A stretch of 61,901 nucleotides of DNA, filler included, from Hausera hauseri (taxonomy: Eukaryota), in assembly GCA_046269625.1 (NCBI GenBank). It is 13 parts of 13 records of this genome, joined end to end, with 100 filler letters (N's around TTAATTAATTAA, not from the genome) between each part and the next. Parts side by side here need not be neighbours in the genome. Positions count along the whole stretch, not along the records: positions 17,982 to 22,571 come from JBJURY010514904.1; positions 22,672 to 26,680 come from JBJURY010823196.1; positions 26,781 to 34,528 come from JBJURY010905423.1; positions 34,629 to 38,650 come from JBJURY010813087.1; 9 more parts are not named here. One strand, written 5' to 3'. Below, piece by piece: positions 21,928 to 35,048 of this stretch. Under the pieces are notes generated by a model, which was not told the DNA's origin, ran no database searches, and worked only from the letters and a program-made list of their open reading frames with translations. Positions within the stretch are counted from its first letter, which is position 1; every line of letters begins with the position of its first letter. Both the position numbers and the translations under genes were made by a program.

Positions 21928-22240
21928 CTGTTTTTGTTACATCTCTGAGGAAGCTTACGGCTTCTGTATGTGCAAGGTTTTTTGCGAATGTATTCAAAAT
22001 TTAATTCGATAGAGAAGTCTTTGATTTTTTTAAAATAACCTGTACGCATTGTTCCGATAGATAGCAGCAGTAGGCAATTATTTCTGGATCCAATCCGCAA
22101 TTGTACATTCTTTTTAGTTCATCAAAAATTTCTTTCGTAACGAATTTCCTGCTCTTTCTATGGATAATACTCTTTATGAAATTACTGGAAATAAATATAT
22201 TTTTCCTTGTTTCATACTTGGATTTCGTTATGTTCCGCAT
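21928..22240 (-). mobile_element. N-terminal HTH fragment of a probable Tc1/IS630-like transposase, interrupted by the Polinton terminus
   Basis: An HTH-like segment, RKFVTKEIFDELKRMYNCGLDPEIIAYCCYLSEQCVQVILKK, ends abruptly at 21927/21928. Confidence 0.4.
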
Positions 22241-22671
22241 TTTATAAAATTTATAAATTCGTTATTCGTTTGTGTAAAATTGCAATCTCCACATGTCCTA
22301 CTGACAAAGTTATTATTAATACAGTTTTATATATAGTTTGAATCGCCATCAATTCCTAGAATTTCTCTAAACTTTAGATGCTAACTATGGCGATCTTATT
22401 TAGTCGGGACCAAATGACAAAAATATATTATGATGTACTGATCTTAGATTGAGAGAAATATTCTCAAATGAGAATGCAACAATTTTATTCCAAAATGAAC
22501 AGGAAAGTAATATTAAATTAATTTCCTGGATATTTTATATAAATCCAATTCAGTTGTGAATGTTATCAATANNNNNNNNNNNNNNNNNNNNNNNNNNNNN
22601 NNNNNNNNNNNNNNNTTAATTAATTAANNNNNNNNNNNNNNNNNNNNNNNNNNNNNNNNNNNNNNNNNNNN

Positions 22672-25600
22672 TGTGGACCCTATTACCCGAAAACTATTAC
22701 TACCTACTGAATTTGGCTTTGCATCATGCTGCAAAAATTTCTATCCAGCCTTTAAACTTAACGACGGAAGATGGATTAAAACACACCAACCAACCACGAT
22801 GAACATACCACAGACGATTGGATTACTACCATTGGATAAAGGCATGAAGTTTAAAGTAAATAGAGAACTTCCCACCAGCGGATTATATTCATTAACATAC
22901 CTCGAAGCAGTAAGAAAACATGTATTATTTCAGAATATCCGAGAAAAAGTCATCACAGAATTTGTGTATACTGTTATAAAAGGATTACAACAGTGTATCT
23001 AATTGTGGAATGTTACTGCCAATTGATCATTTAGAGAGAACAGCTAAAAGTTCCTTTATGACTTCCGGAATAAATTCCTTAATTTTGGTCAAGTTATATC
23101 TGGAGTTTTCGGAATAATGTTATAATTACCACCATAATGGTCATATTAAGACAAATATGAGCTGCAAGAAATATAAAGAAAGTACGCGGTTGCACATGGC
23201 AAATTATGTTAGGATGTTTCGCTTCAGTGGCTCATTTAGTATTAATGTATTGGCATGCAAAGGAACTCGATAAATTAAGGAAAGAACTTTATCTAGCGCC
23301 AGAACTAGAAAAACAGTTACAAGCCTTTATTAAATTAACGGTGGAAGAATACTTGGATAATATAAATTATTGAGAATGAAATCTCGACAACACTTCGAAC
23401 CAGAAGTACAAACATTAGAAACCCGAACCTATAGATGAATTTCCGGAATACCCCGAATGCAGAGAAATGAAGGTCACATCCATGCATGATCTTCCTATGG
23501 CAAGAGATCTAGACGAATACACCTGTTTACCAAGCATTGCATACCCACCGAACGTATTCCGACAACATAATACCACAGATACTCGACGGAATAATACAAA
23601 ATTTATTTTTATGACCCAAACCACTGTTGCAACAGGAAATAGCCCTTGTGTCCGTGTACGATTTAACGGATTAAATATTATAACACTGCTAGATACCGGT
23701 GCATCAGTGTCAATGATACGACATTCATACCTAATTGACAATCAAAAAGAAGCAATCATGCCAAGTGATATAGTAATAGCAGCAGCAAATTCCACTCAAC
23801 TACAATTCCTAGGAAAAATAGACATCAAAATTAGAATCGACAGTAACTTAAACACCATAACCTTGTTTGTAGTGGATGGCAAACTATTACCAGTGCTTGT
23901 AGGAATAGTTATGGATATATTGTCTCAAAGTTCATGACTCTCGACGGATTTATCAACAAAGGCGCTTAGGTATGCACTAACTAATCTACCAATTGAAGAT
24001 ATTAGTATGACGTTAACTCATGATGTTATTATAAGACCACAACGACAAGTGATGGTGATGTTGACAATACCACCACAATACCACAAGCAACCTTGCATTT
24101 TTGAATCGAACTTATACAATAACGAAAAATATAAAATCATGCAATACCCCCTATTCATACCAAAAGGAGTACAGTGTTTATAATTTCCAATAGAAAGTTT
24201 GAACAAAAAGACAATCACATTGCGGCAAAACCTCAATTTAGGACAATTACAACCAATTAAAGTATGTGCGGCAACATTCATGATAGAAGATAAAAATATC
24301 CAATTCAAGGACGTGACTTAAGTCAATACCAAATAAAAAAATTATTACAATTATTCCGCAAATATTGAGATATTATAGTAATGAATGATAATGACATCGG
24401 TAGAACTAACGTTGTTCAACATCACATAATCACGGAAAACACCTACTCCGGATTAAACGAAATCCGTATATAATAGCTGAAGTTAAGAAGAAAGAATGTG
24501 ATAGACAAATAGCACAAATGGTTGAACACGGTATTATTAGACCAAGTTTCTCGCCATGGACATCCCCAGTAGTATTAGTGCAGAAGATAGACGGATCACA
24601 ACGATTTTGTGTAAATTGTAGAGCAGTAAATAATGTTACTAAGAGGGACAATTACCCATTACCAAAGATAGAGGAAATGCTCACAGCCTTAAGAAATTCC
24701 GCAATGTTCACCACCATAGATTTACAATGCGGATTTTGGTAAGTCGAAGTTGCTGAAGAAGATAAGCAGAAAACAGCCTTCTCTACCGGAACTGGATTAT
24801 GGGAATTTAGCGTTATGCCCTTTGGCTAGACAGGAGGACCTGCCACATTTCAAAGATGTATGAACTTTGTCTTGCAAGGAGTAACCTGTGGTATGGGGTA
24901 CATAGACGATGTAATAATATTTTCTGAAAATCTCGAACAACACTTAAAAGATTAAAACAGGCTCATTTTAAAAATCAAGTTGAAAAAATGTGAATTTGCT
25001 AAAATCACCGTCACCTTTCTCGGACACAGTTTCAAGTAAATGAATTCAACCTGATCCACGAAACGTGGAGAAAGTTAAGAAATTAAAATTATCCAAATGT
25101 CTTAAGGAATTAAAAAGACTACTAGGAATAGCTAATTACTATAGGAAATTTGTATATTACTTTGCAATTATAGTTAAATAACTAGTAGCATTAACCAAGA
25201 AAGGAACAACGTGGAACTGGGTAAAATCACACCAATGAGCATTTGAGGTACTAAAACAAGTCTTAACTTCACCACCAATACTACAATTTTGTGATCCTAA
25301 ATATCTATATATAATAATGACAGATGCCAGCGGTTATGCAATAGTAGCAGTTCAAGGACAATCTGTCCCCGACAGGCCACGTGAAGGAATAATAGCATGT
25401 CTCAGTAAAACACTGAGCGAAACGCAACACATATGGTCCATAATCGAGCCCGAATGCTATGCAATAGTATATGCATTACAATATTTTAGATACTACATAA
25501 CTAAACGAGAAATAATCCAATACACTGATCAAAACCACTGCAATAGCTAATGAAACAACGAGACACCAGTCGAAAGTTAATATAATGGGCTGTGGAAATC

Positions 25601-26680
25601 CAAGACTTAAAAATCTCAATAAAATACAGACAAGGAAAAGCAAGTGCGAATGCAGATTTCTTATCAAGACTCCAAGAGAATGATATCGATCAAGGCAATA
25701 ACGATTATATTAATCCTGATAACGATGATATGCAGGACCTAAAAGATTATTACTCACAGAAAATTTACCCAGATGTACCCAAAATAACACGACGAAAATG
25801 CACCAAGGATGCATACCAACTAATAAGTATGATTATTCAAACACTGAACAAAGATAACCAGCGAAATGCAAAACAAAATGACTATAAAGACCCGTTTGTT
25901 GAAGACATCCTATGTGAATATTACAAAATGATTGAGCTAATCCAAACCATGATAGACGAAGTAGGTAATGCAGAAGTCAACAAAGAGTTGCACATATTTC
26001 TGACCATACCATTTACGCACAAAGCCATAGGCAAATAACAAGCGAAGGACGAAGAAATTTGGAAAATTCGTAATAGCCTAAACAAAGAAAGGAGAAAAAA
26101 TAAATATAAAATGGATAGAGGAAATATCAACTATCAAGAGAGCAAAGACTTACTCATGGTTGTACGAAAACACATGCGCGCAAAACTCTTACTACACTAC
26201 CATGACGGACACCAAGGATATAAAGCCATCCTAGGCAGACTCAAGCAAAAATATTATGGGCCAAAGATGACGTGAAAGATTGATGTACAAATTGTCAAGT
26301 ATGTTCAAAAAGAAGAGGAAATTTCCAAGCGAGAAAAACACCACTAAAATCGGTATCAATTTTAGCATCACCATTTGATTGCATAGGCGCAGATGCAGCA
26401 GGACCGCTACCAACCACCGCCAGAGGAAATTCATGCGTACTTACAGCAATAGACTACCACTCAAAATTTCCAACTGCGATGCCAATGATAAATCAAACTA
26501 CGGATGTTATGGCTAGAAGACTAGTAGATGATGTAATATTTGAATACGGAGTGCAAATGACAATGATATCCGATAGAGGAAGCAATTTTTGCAGCGAACT
26601 TATGAAAAAGGTATTAGCAATATTAGGAGTTAATTACAAATTTATCTCACCTTATCATCTTTAAGTCAATGGCGTGGTGG
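22672..26680 (+). mobile_element. Degenerate Ty3/gypsy pol (PR-RT-RH-IN)
   Basis: LLDTGASVS (PR), PSFSPWTSPVVLV / DLQCGFW / YIDD (RT), TDASGYAI / ECYAIV (RNase H), SDRGSNF (IN). Many stops. Confidence 0.92.
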
Positions 26681-28078
26681 NNNNNNNNNNNNNNNNNNNN
26701 NNNNNNNNNNNNNNNNNNNNNNNNTTAATTAATTAANNNNNNNNNNNNNNNNNNNNNNNNNNNNNNNNNNNNNNNNNNNNTAGAAAATACAGACATGATG
26801 TTGAAAATGTCAAAATAAAGTATAATGTGAGAGAACAAAAACTATGATTCAACATGACTCCAAAATAAGCAACTGGAAGCCTGGCCCTGCCAATAAAGCC
26901 TTGAGACAACTGCTTTGTCAGGTTCAACTAATCATGTCTTTGTGTCAATGTATTTGAAAAGAGGGAATTGTTGTCAATGACATGAGCCATTATTGTCTTG
27001 ACCCCGAGCCCTCTTTAATTAACCCATACATTAGCTTTAATGCCAGCAGAACAGTCTTATCCTATTTTTGACCTAAACAAGACACACACTGGAAAGATTA
27101 GAAAACTAAAATCTAAGTTTTATGGTAAATAGTCTTAAATACTTTGATACAAATCACAGCCTCAGATCAGTTTTAGCATCAAAGAAGTGAACACATGTTT
27201 TGCGGAAAAAAAGGGCATTCTTTTTTTATTTTCTTAACATAATACTTTACTTTAAATGTAACAATTCGTACTTGTTCAAATCCCCCCACTAAGTTTACAA
27301 ATTTTGAACTTTGATAACATTTTCGTTCATTTTCTCGAGCTTATTTTTTAATATTCGATTTATAGTGTCAATTTAAAATGCATTCGTCTAATTATCATGT
27401 GTAATTTTTGGCTATGAGCATGACTGACTATTATGGTAATACAAAAAACCAAACTTTCAGTTACAGACTATCCCACTCCCTATTTTTCCTTTTTGCTAAA
27501 AAGTAACTGCTGCAGAATTTCAGCTCCGTGGACCAACCAGAAAATGGTGCTCAATAGACCTCTTTGTTAAGATTATAGCTAAAACCAGTTTTATTCCCAT
27601 TTTCTTATTGTTGTACTTTTAGCTGGCTGTTATTTTTACTAATGCAATGAAAAAAGATGAGTATTATAGCAACATGTGATTGTATTCTTGAGGGTCAGTG
27701 ACATTTGAATTCAGCTGATAGCTTTTTACTGTCATAAATTATGATAACTTAAATGACTCACATTCATCATTTAAACCTTGTAGAAAACTGTTTAAATTAA
27801 CGCAAAAGTTCTCCCAAATCTCACAGGTATGTAACCATCTAGGGTTTATATTTTGCAACTAAATTAGGAGTTTTAAACCTAAATACTAATTAGGCTGTAA
27901 CGGATGAACTAATGATGATTAGTTTTATCTAACTGTTCCGGTAGCCACAGTCCATAGATCAGATCAGGTATAATGCACTAATTTCTGTGCTTGAAATAAG
28001 TTAATATACCACAGCTACATGAAGTTGTATTTTGTATGCTGTAAATTATTGATTCCTTGATACGTTATTTCAACTGAG

Positions 28079-31000
28079 ATGGCACGTACAAATGTCATAT
28101 CTGACAAGGACATTTATCTGATCGGACGTTGCAGCTTAGACGAACTTGATATATTGCTTCAGTTGCCTACAATTTAAACAGTGCTTCAGAGATTTCACTT
28201 ACATCTCATAGGTATGAATTCTGTTAGAAATGCCAGTTATTATACAGTAGACGACCTGTTGCTACAGTAGTTTAAGGCAGCCATTTCGATGATACGAAAG
28301 AATCATATAATAGAAAAACTATAAAACTTTCACGAGCGATAACGTCTACTGAAAAGAAAAAAGTGTTCTTCAGAGTCGTATAAAACGGCAAAGGTGCCTT
28401 CCAGACAGAGAAGTAGCTTTATTGTTTGACACTGCTGTGGTGCCGATAGGCACTACGGCACTCTGGCATTTCGGCAGGCACAATCAGCTGCGTTAGCTCT
28501 GCCCCTGTCATACCATGTGCTAGTGTTCGGTCTCTCTCCTCAGAGAATGTTTACTTCAATTCTAAAAACGTTCCCAAATTAAACCTATTCCGACTCAGTG
28601 GAATTTAAACTGTCAGTTAATGAAAATCAGCCGAGAAAATTAAAGTCAACAACAAAACCTTCAATCTTCCCCTCAAAAAATTGATGGCGAATATCAATCA
28701 GATACTGAGTTATTGAAACTCGAAGAACCCATCATTGTAAATGGAATACTGACATTTAAAAAGATATTAAATTTAATGAAAGAATTTCAAAATGTCCTTA
28801 GGATTCAACCAAATATATTATTCGTTAGTCGAATTCAAACATCAAGGACAGAATGTCAAAATATCACGTTTTTGGATACCATTGAATTGTCTAGGCAATT
28901 AATAACTGACTTTTCTGCTGTGGTTTTGAGTAACATGCATGAAGAAAACTGTTTATCGGGAATTTTATTCTTTTTTTTTAAATTATAATTCAGTTAAAAG
29001 ATGCACAAAAGAGTTTGAATTTACCAAAATTAAAAGCTATTATTTTTATCAAATCAGCACCGGAGGAAAAGTTAATTCCATTATCTACGAAAAGCGTAAT
29101 TTACATACAAGACAATGAATTTCTCTCTCAACCAATAAACATTCAAATAAGTATGAACACAAGTAAATATTCAGAATAATATTTGCCAGATTCTCTATGC
29201 AATTAATAACAAGGAATGCATCGTTAAAAGACCAGCATTAATATGATCACGAAAAATAAATTTTTTTCCGAATATTTAGTACAAACAAGTCCTTCGAAAA
29301 AGAATTGTCAATATTTACAATTGTATTCCGTCAGAGATTCTCAAACGAAGCTAGACAATAGTAACTATGATACAGAGAAAATATTTTTTGATTTGAAGGA
29401 GTTCATCGCGATTTCGTCGCATTTTTTTTTCAACGGAGCTACGGGAGATTTGTTCATTATTGCCGAGTTCACCCGGCTATTTAATTTTAATTTTAATTTT
29501 TGAATGCAAAAAAGAAAGTTGTTTAAATATTCAAAGAAATCTCGGCCATAATTTTTTTCGATTCCAGTATAACTTTTGAATCAATTTTGTACAGCTTGAT
29601 CAATATCAACTATTTTTTAAATTCATCATTTTGATTTGACTCAGTTTTTCAAACCTTTTCTTGAATTATTGTTAATCTGTGATTTGATCAAATACAATTT
29701 TATTACGATTCGTCTGAAGAAAATTTTCTATTCATTCCTCGTCAAAATTCAATTATGAATCCAATCATTTCGATCGAAAGTAAATTGCCCGGCCAAATTT
29801 GTTACTGCACAGAAACTGGGGTGTTTGAACCTTATTATTTCCGGGGTAGGTACGAGCGCCCCGAAATATCGTCCAAATTTTATTGTAATCAGTGTTTTCA
29901 ATTTGCTGAGGAAAAATCATCACGCTCAATAAATTTACAATTTCACACAGATGCATTTCTGTCGATAAAAATTCAAGAGGACAAAGATTTCCTTATTGAT
30001 CAGCGTGGTGAAAGGAAGATTTATGTCAACAGTAGACAAAAATTTACAGAAAAAGAAACAGAGGTCGCATGAAAGGAAATTAAAAGAGAAAGAGAGAATG
30101 TGCTGGGGTTTACGACAAGAATCTGGGGTTTATCAGCAACACACTCGGTGATCCAACAAAAACCAGAGGAAATGTTGGAAAGTTCAAGTACTGACACAAC
30201 TGCAGATTCTAGTGATGACTATACTCGAAACATCTGTTCACTGATCATGTTGTGAGTGTATTAGACGAAATAAGATCTCCAACCGTGGTGCTGTTAGACT
30301 AATTGCTGCAATTGCAGAAGCACTTGATCATGAACCAGCGGCTCTCACAATATCTAGAGATACAGTATGGAGAAAAGTAATTAACAAATTAGTCATTGAA
30401 AGTTTTAATCCAACGCATTCCCTGGTCGTACACTGAGACAGCAAGTTACTGTCAGAAATACTATGGACTGGAGAGACTTTTAGGCTTTAGTTATAGTATC
30501 TGGCAATGGCAACGAGAAGCTGCTTGGAGTTCCAAAGTTGACTGCTGGAACTGGTGAGAATACTGCTAATGCTGTGTACAGTTTAATACAACACTAGAAT
30601 GTATCGGGGAAGATTAAATGCATGAGTTTTGACACAACCGCAGTGAACACAGGTCACATAAATGAAGCATGTATTCTATTAAAATCTATACTGGAGAGAA
30701 AGCTATTGTAGCTTGCCTGCTGTCATCATGGTATGGAAATAATTTTGTCAAAGGTCTTCACGTTTTACTTCGGATCATCAAACTTGCCAGAAATTCAGAT
30801 GTTTAAACGTTTCAAGACAGCGTGGCAAGTAATCGTGAAGGATGACTTTAAATGTCCGATTGTTACGCAGATGAGTTCCGTGAAACTACAACACAATTTC
30901 TTCAAGCAGAGTGCAGCAAGCATCAGTGCAGAGAATATTACATGGAATTAATGGAACTAACATTTATTGCTTTTGATTCTCCACCAGGTTCCATACTGGA

Positions 31001-31729
31001 GATGTCCAGGAGCTGTGCATCGAGCACACTGGATGGCAAAGCTGCTGTACTCTATGAAAATATTTCTCTTTCGAGAACATACTGACGTTTTTAGTGTCAG
31101 CAGGAAAGAAGCAGGACAAATTCAACGGTTTATTCAGTTTGGATCCATCCTCTATGAAAGGTGTAAGCATCAGATGCAGCTGATGTCCCAGTAAATCATT
31201 TGCAGCTTTGGTTGAATCTTGACAAATTTGTTGCTACTAATCCAGAGATTATCAGACTTGCAAAGTCGGTTATGCAAAATCGTCTGGTTGGATTGACATT
31301 ATTTTCTAAGTGAATTGCGGAAGTTGAAAAGAGAGGAATAATTGAAAGATTCTCCAGTCAGTTCATGACACGCAATGTCAGAGGAGATTCAGGGTTTTGT
31401 TAGAATCGGATCGTAACTTGGAGGCTTTCTCAACCAGTCAGAATAAGGCACTATTTCAATGTCTAGATATCAACACAAAGTTCCTTGACAGACATCCAGA
31501 TACTTGGAATACGAGAAGAGATTATATAGAAAGACAGTGTCGTATTCGAAATCTGTGTGTTGTAAATGACACAATAGAGAGAGGGATAAAGTTGTTCCAA
31601 GATTTTAACTTGGACCTGACGAATGATGAACAAGGGAAGCAGCTGATCACGCAGGTTGTTGAAAAGAACAGAAAACCTCTACCGATTCAAAAAATCAAAA
31701 AACCACCTGTTAATGCATTAGCAAACTAA
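28079..31729 (+). mobile_element. Degenerate hAT-superfamily (hATm-like) transposase split by a ~1.7-kb insertion (about 28430-30170)
   Basis: N-terminal QLPT..VLQRF, then VVH*DSKL, KLLGVPKL, FDTTAVNTG, LACCHH, HRAHWMAK and VVNDTIERGIKL (CxxH, W and catalytic E motifs). Confidence 0.8.
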
Positions 31730-31933
31730 ATCGTTGGTTACTACGAGTAACTAGAAAGGCTTCAAAGATTTTTGCCGTGTTACATATCTGCATAATTAGA
31801 TTGTGTTTCAAGTACATAATTTTGTTAAGAACTACAGTCTCATTTGTAACACTGTTCTGCTTGCATAATATAAAACAATCAACACTTGAAAAACCAGAAA
31901 AATGTTTTCTCGACCAGTAGACCTCTATAGGTA

Positions 31934-32030
31934 TGTGGTGCCCACAGCGACAGGTGCCGTTTGGCCCATTTGATTGGACACGGCCAGGCATCCATTGCCG
32001 CCGCGTCGGGCCCATAGTCAAGTCCGATCT
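31934..32030 (+). repeat. 5' fragment of a gypsy LTR (same family as 44679)
   Basis: TGTGGTGCCCAC...GGCCCATT...ACGGCC...CGCGTCGGGC.CATA aligns with 44679-44775. Confidence 0.7.
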
Positions 32031-32051
32031 CCCGCCTCAAAACGGCACAAT

Positions 32052-32918
32052 ATGATCGCGGTGTTTTATTTCGATATTGAGACAGGCAAGAAAATGATGA
32101 CTATCCTATGGTATTATCGATCGGAGCATACTGAAATTGGTCGACTACCCTAGCATACAGAAGCCAATTTGTATGTATCTCTACATCATAACGTAAATTC
32201 TGTCGATTGTATCGAAGACAAAGCCTATCTTTTAACCGTTGAACTGTACAGTCGTTTAATTGCATTTCAAAAGCGCCGGAACATTATTACGCGGCCGACA
32301 TTGGCTGGTCGTTCAGTTCCCTTTAACTGTGAAGATCTAAACATTCCAGAACCGGAGGAGAGTAAAGTGATTCTTCCAAACAAAGATATTTCATTAGATT
32401 TATTCGTCAGTAATTATTATTATAATCCGAATTTCCACACAACATTCCCATCGGATATGACAATGTCCAATGTGGTTGTTTGTCGTGGACTGTATAACAT
32501 TCGAGAAGAGAAAAACACTAGAGATATAATTGAGGATATAAGCCAGCAGCAGCGAGATCAACCATTACGATGTAGTTCAGTCAATAGTGCCATGTCTATA
32601 TCTTCTGCTGAGTCAGATCAAAATCCACTCTTCACGTTAGAAAATTCGATTCGAACAATTATCGATACTAACAATGATGCACTATGTAACGAATGTTTAT
32701 CTCCAAAAGCCATTCGTCTACCTCCGGTACTATCGCCTGCTGCGGTGTCCGACGACGAAACCTCACCCGAACCGTTGATATTATCCAAACCTTTACTTCC
32801 TCTACCTGATATTCCCGTTCATGATTTTCTCAAACTAACGTCGATTTCGCTTGTCACTTCAGTTCCTGTTTGTGATTTACCACTGCTTTCGACTGTTCAT
32901 AAGAACGGTTACAAATGA
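32052..32918 (+). pseudogene. BAHD1-like BAH-domain fragment, intronless, one in-frame stop (32151)
   Basis: ETGKKMMTILWYYRSEHT...LYVSLHHNVNSVDCIEDKAYLLT...FPSDMTMSNVVVCRGLYNIR parallels BAHD1 (MMSLLWYYRPEH...NSVACIEEKCYVLT...VFLCRHVYDFR). Confidence 0.75.
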
Positions 32919-33779
32919 GCGGTAACTCGCACTAACGTCAATTCCTCCTATTTGTGTCTGTTTGTTGTAATGTCAGTAGAATGTGATCGTGTCTCTCATT
33001 TCCTGTATTTGTTTTATTTTAATGTCAACAACTGCAGTGCAAAAATTGCTATCCTTTTATTATCACTTACGATTTTGTTCTGTCGACATTTTCTACTTAT
33101 ATTATTGCCCATCATTCTTTTGCCATTGAAATGTTTGTTTTTTTTTGTCGAAACACTTTTTTTTCTTTTTCAAACTTTATGCATTTATTGTTTTTGTTTT
33201 GCTTTTTGAATTTCGGGGTTTTCATTATTCTTGTGTTTGAGATGCGTTCCGGTACAGATTCTCTATATTATATTTATTCAGGTTTGTCATGTTTCTTTTA
33301 ATGATTCTTGTTGGAATTTTTTGATGGAACATTCGCACCGTGATTTGAGTTGAATGTCACTTAATGCTAGTGTAAATTGAATTTGTCTGCATATAACTTG
33401 TCACCGAATTATACAAAGATGTTTCAAAAAAAGTTTGTTTTAATGTGGTAAAAAATAAATACTTTTGAAGTTTGCGATTTGAAATTTTGTTGGGCCATTT
33501 TATTTCTGAATTTGTTATTTAATTGCAGTTCAACATTTCCAGTTTCAACGTGAATTTGTAACATCGTGAAATTTTTTACTGGTAGAATTTCCTGCACACG
33601 TCTCGACAACCATTAGTAACGATATACGAGTTAACAATTGGTGTCAGAAAAAGGTAAAGTTTCTTTACATTGTAAATATACGACCTATACAAAACTATTG
33701 TTCTATAAGTGCATGGTTATTGCCTTTATAAAACTTGTTTTATAATTGCATGATTTTTTAACTCAAATATAAATACAAT

Positions 33780-34528
33780 ATGTCAGACCACAACCAAACT
33801 TTTGCAGAAGTCCATCATTTAAACGAAACAAATCGTTACTTGAAAGAACAGAGTTTCTTTGGTATTCATTATAATTATTCGACGGATGAAGTTGATGATT
33901 GGAATCATCGTCGTTTGAAATTCTGTGAATAAATTTGGAAACATCAATCATAAAAAAACTTTCAACGGACACGCATGATTTGTCTCAATCCTTACTAGTC
34001 GGTGATTGTTTGAATAGCAGTTATATATCATCGAAAATTCAACAAATTCCTATTCTGGACAGATCGTTTCTTTCATTAAGTTCGCAAGGTTATTTGATCC
34101 GATCTATCATTTCTCCACAATCATCGGTGGTTGTATCGGTGCCCACCGTTAAGAAGTCTCATGCGTTTAAAGCACAGGCAACATCAGTGGCACAAACGTT
34201 AGCTAGACATAAAAAGGCTCAAGAAAATATTCAACTTCGGATGCTTCTTCACTTACTGGATATGCATGGTTCAGCTCATAGTATTTATAGCTTCTTTATC
34301 CGTGTTTGGAATGACACCTTTAAAAATGGAATTTCTTGCAAGAGATATGCAGCCTCTCATTATGCCAAGTGCTTCTATTGAACAAGTTTGCCGAGAAGAA
34401 TATGTTAATCTTTTCGTCGGACTTCGTCAAGCAGATCTCATTCGACTTGGGGCTCGTTACTCCCCTTGTATGAGACAAGATAAAAATTTGCGCGAAACAA
34501 TAATCGATGAACAGAAAGATTGGGATAG
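33780..34528 (+). pseudogene. Inactive rhomboid (iRhom/RHBDF) 5' part with about 3 frameshifts; truncated by contig end
   Basis: N-terminal FFGI...W..RRLKFC..KFGNI, then FFTYWICMVQ...NLFVGLRQADLIRLGARYSPCMRQD. Confidence 0.75.
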
Positions 34529-35048
34529 NNNNNNNNNNNNNNNNNNNNNNNNNNNNNNNNNNNNNNNNNNNNTTAATTAATTAANNNNNNNNNNNNNNNN
34601 NNNNNNNNNNNNNNNNNNNNNNNNNNNNGAACATGTAAGACAGTTTCATTGAGCCCACAATTCTTTGAGAATGATCTCCTGTAATTTATAAAATAAAATA
34701 GCAAAAATGATGTTTGGACAAAGAGATTCATGAAATGAAATACAAGGAAAGAAAGAAATACACTGACCTATGATTACATATGAAAGTTTGCAGGATGGAC
34801 TTGGGTTATGCATATGTTATTATATTTTTATTTGTCTATGTGAATTCTGAAGTTGATTAAAACCTCTTTCATATTGACTCAATATAATAAAATACAAGAA
34901 ATAAAATCTCAGACACTGTGCGCAAATTCCACAATGTGATGCATACGAAAATTACCGTTTCGTTTTTGCTAATCACTATTAATGTTAACTATATAGACAA
35001 AATTTATAGTTATTTTGTTTAAATACTGCGAATTTTTTTGAAAAACTG

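Noticed and set aside
33633-33649. AACA + TGGTGTCAGAA, possible LTR end and tRNA-Leu PBS before the iRhom copy
   Set aside because: The match is only 11 nt and I found no LTR start or gag. Too weak to call.
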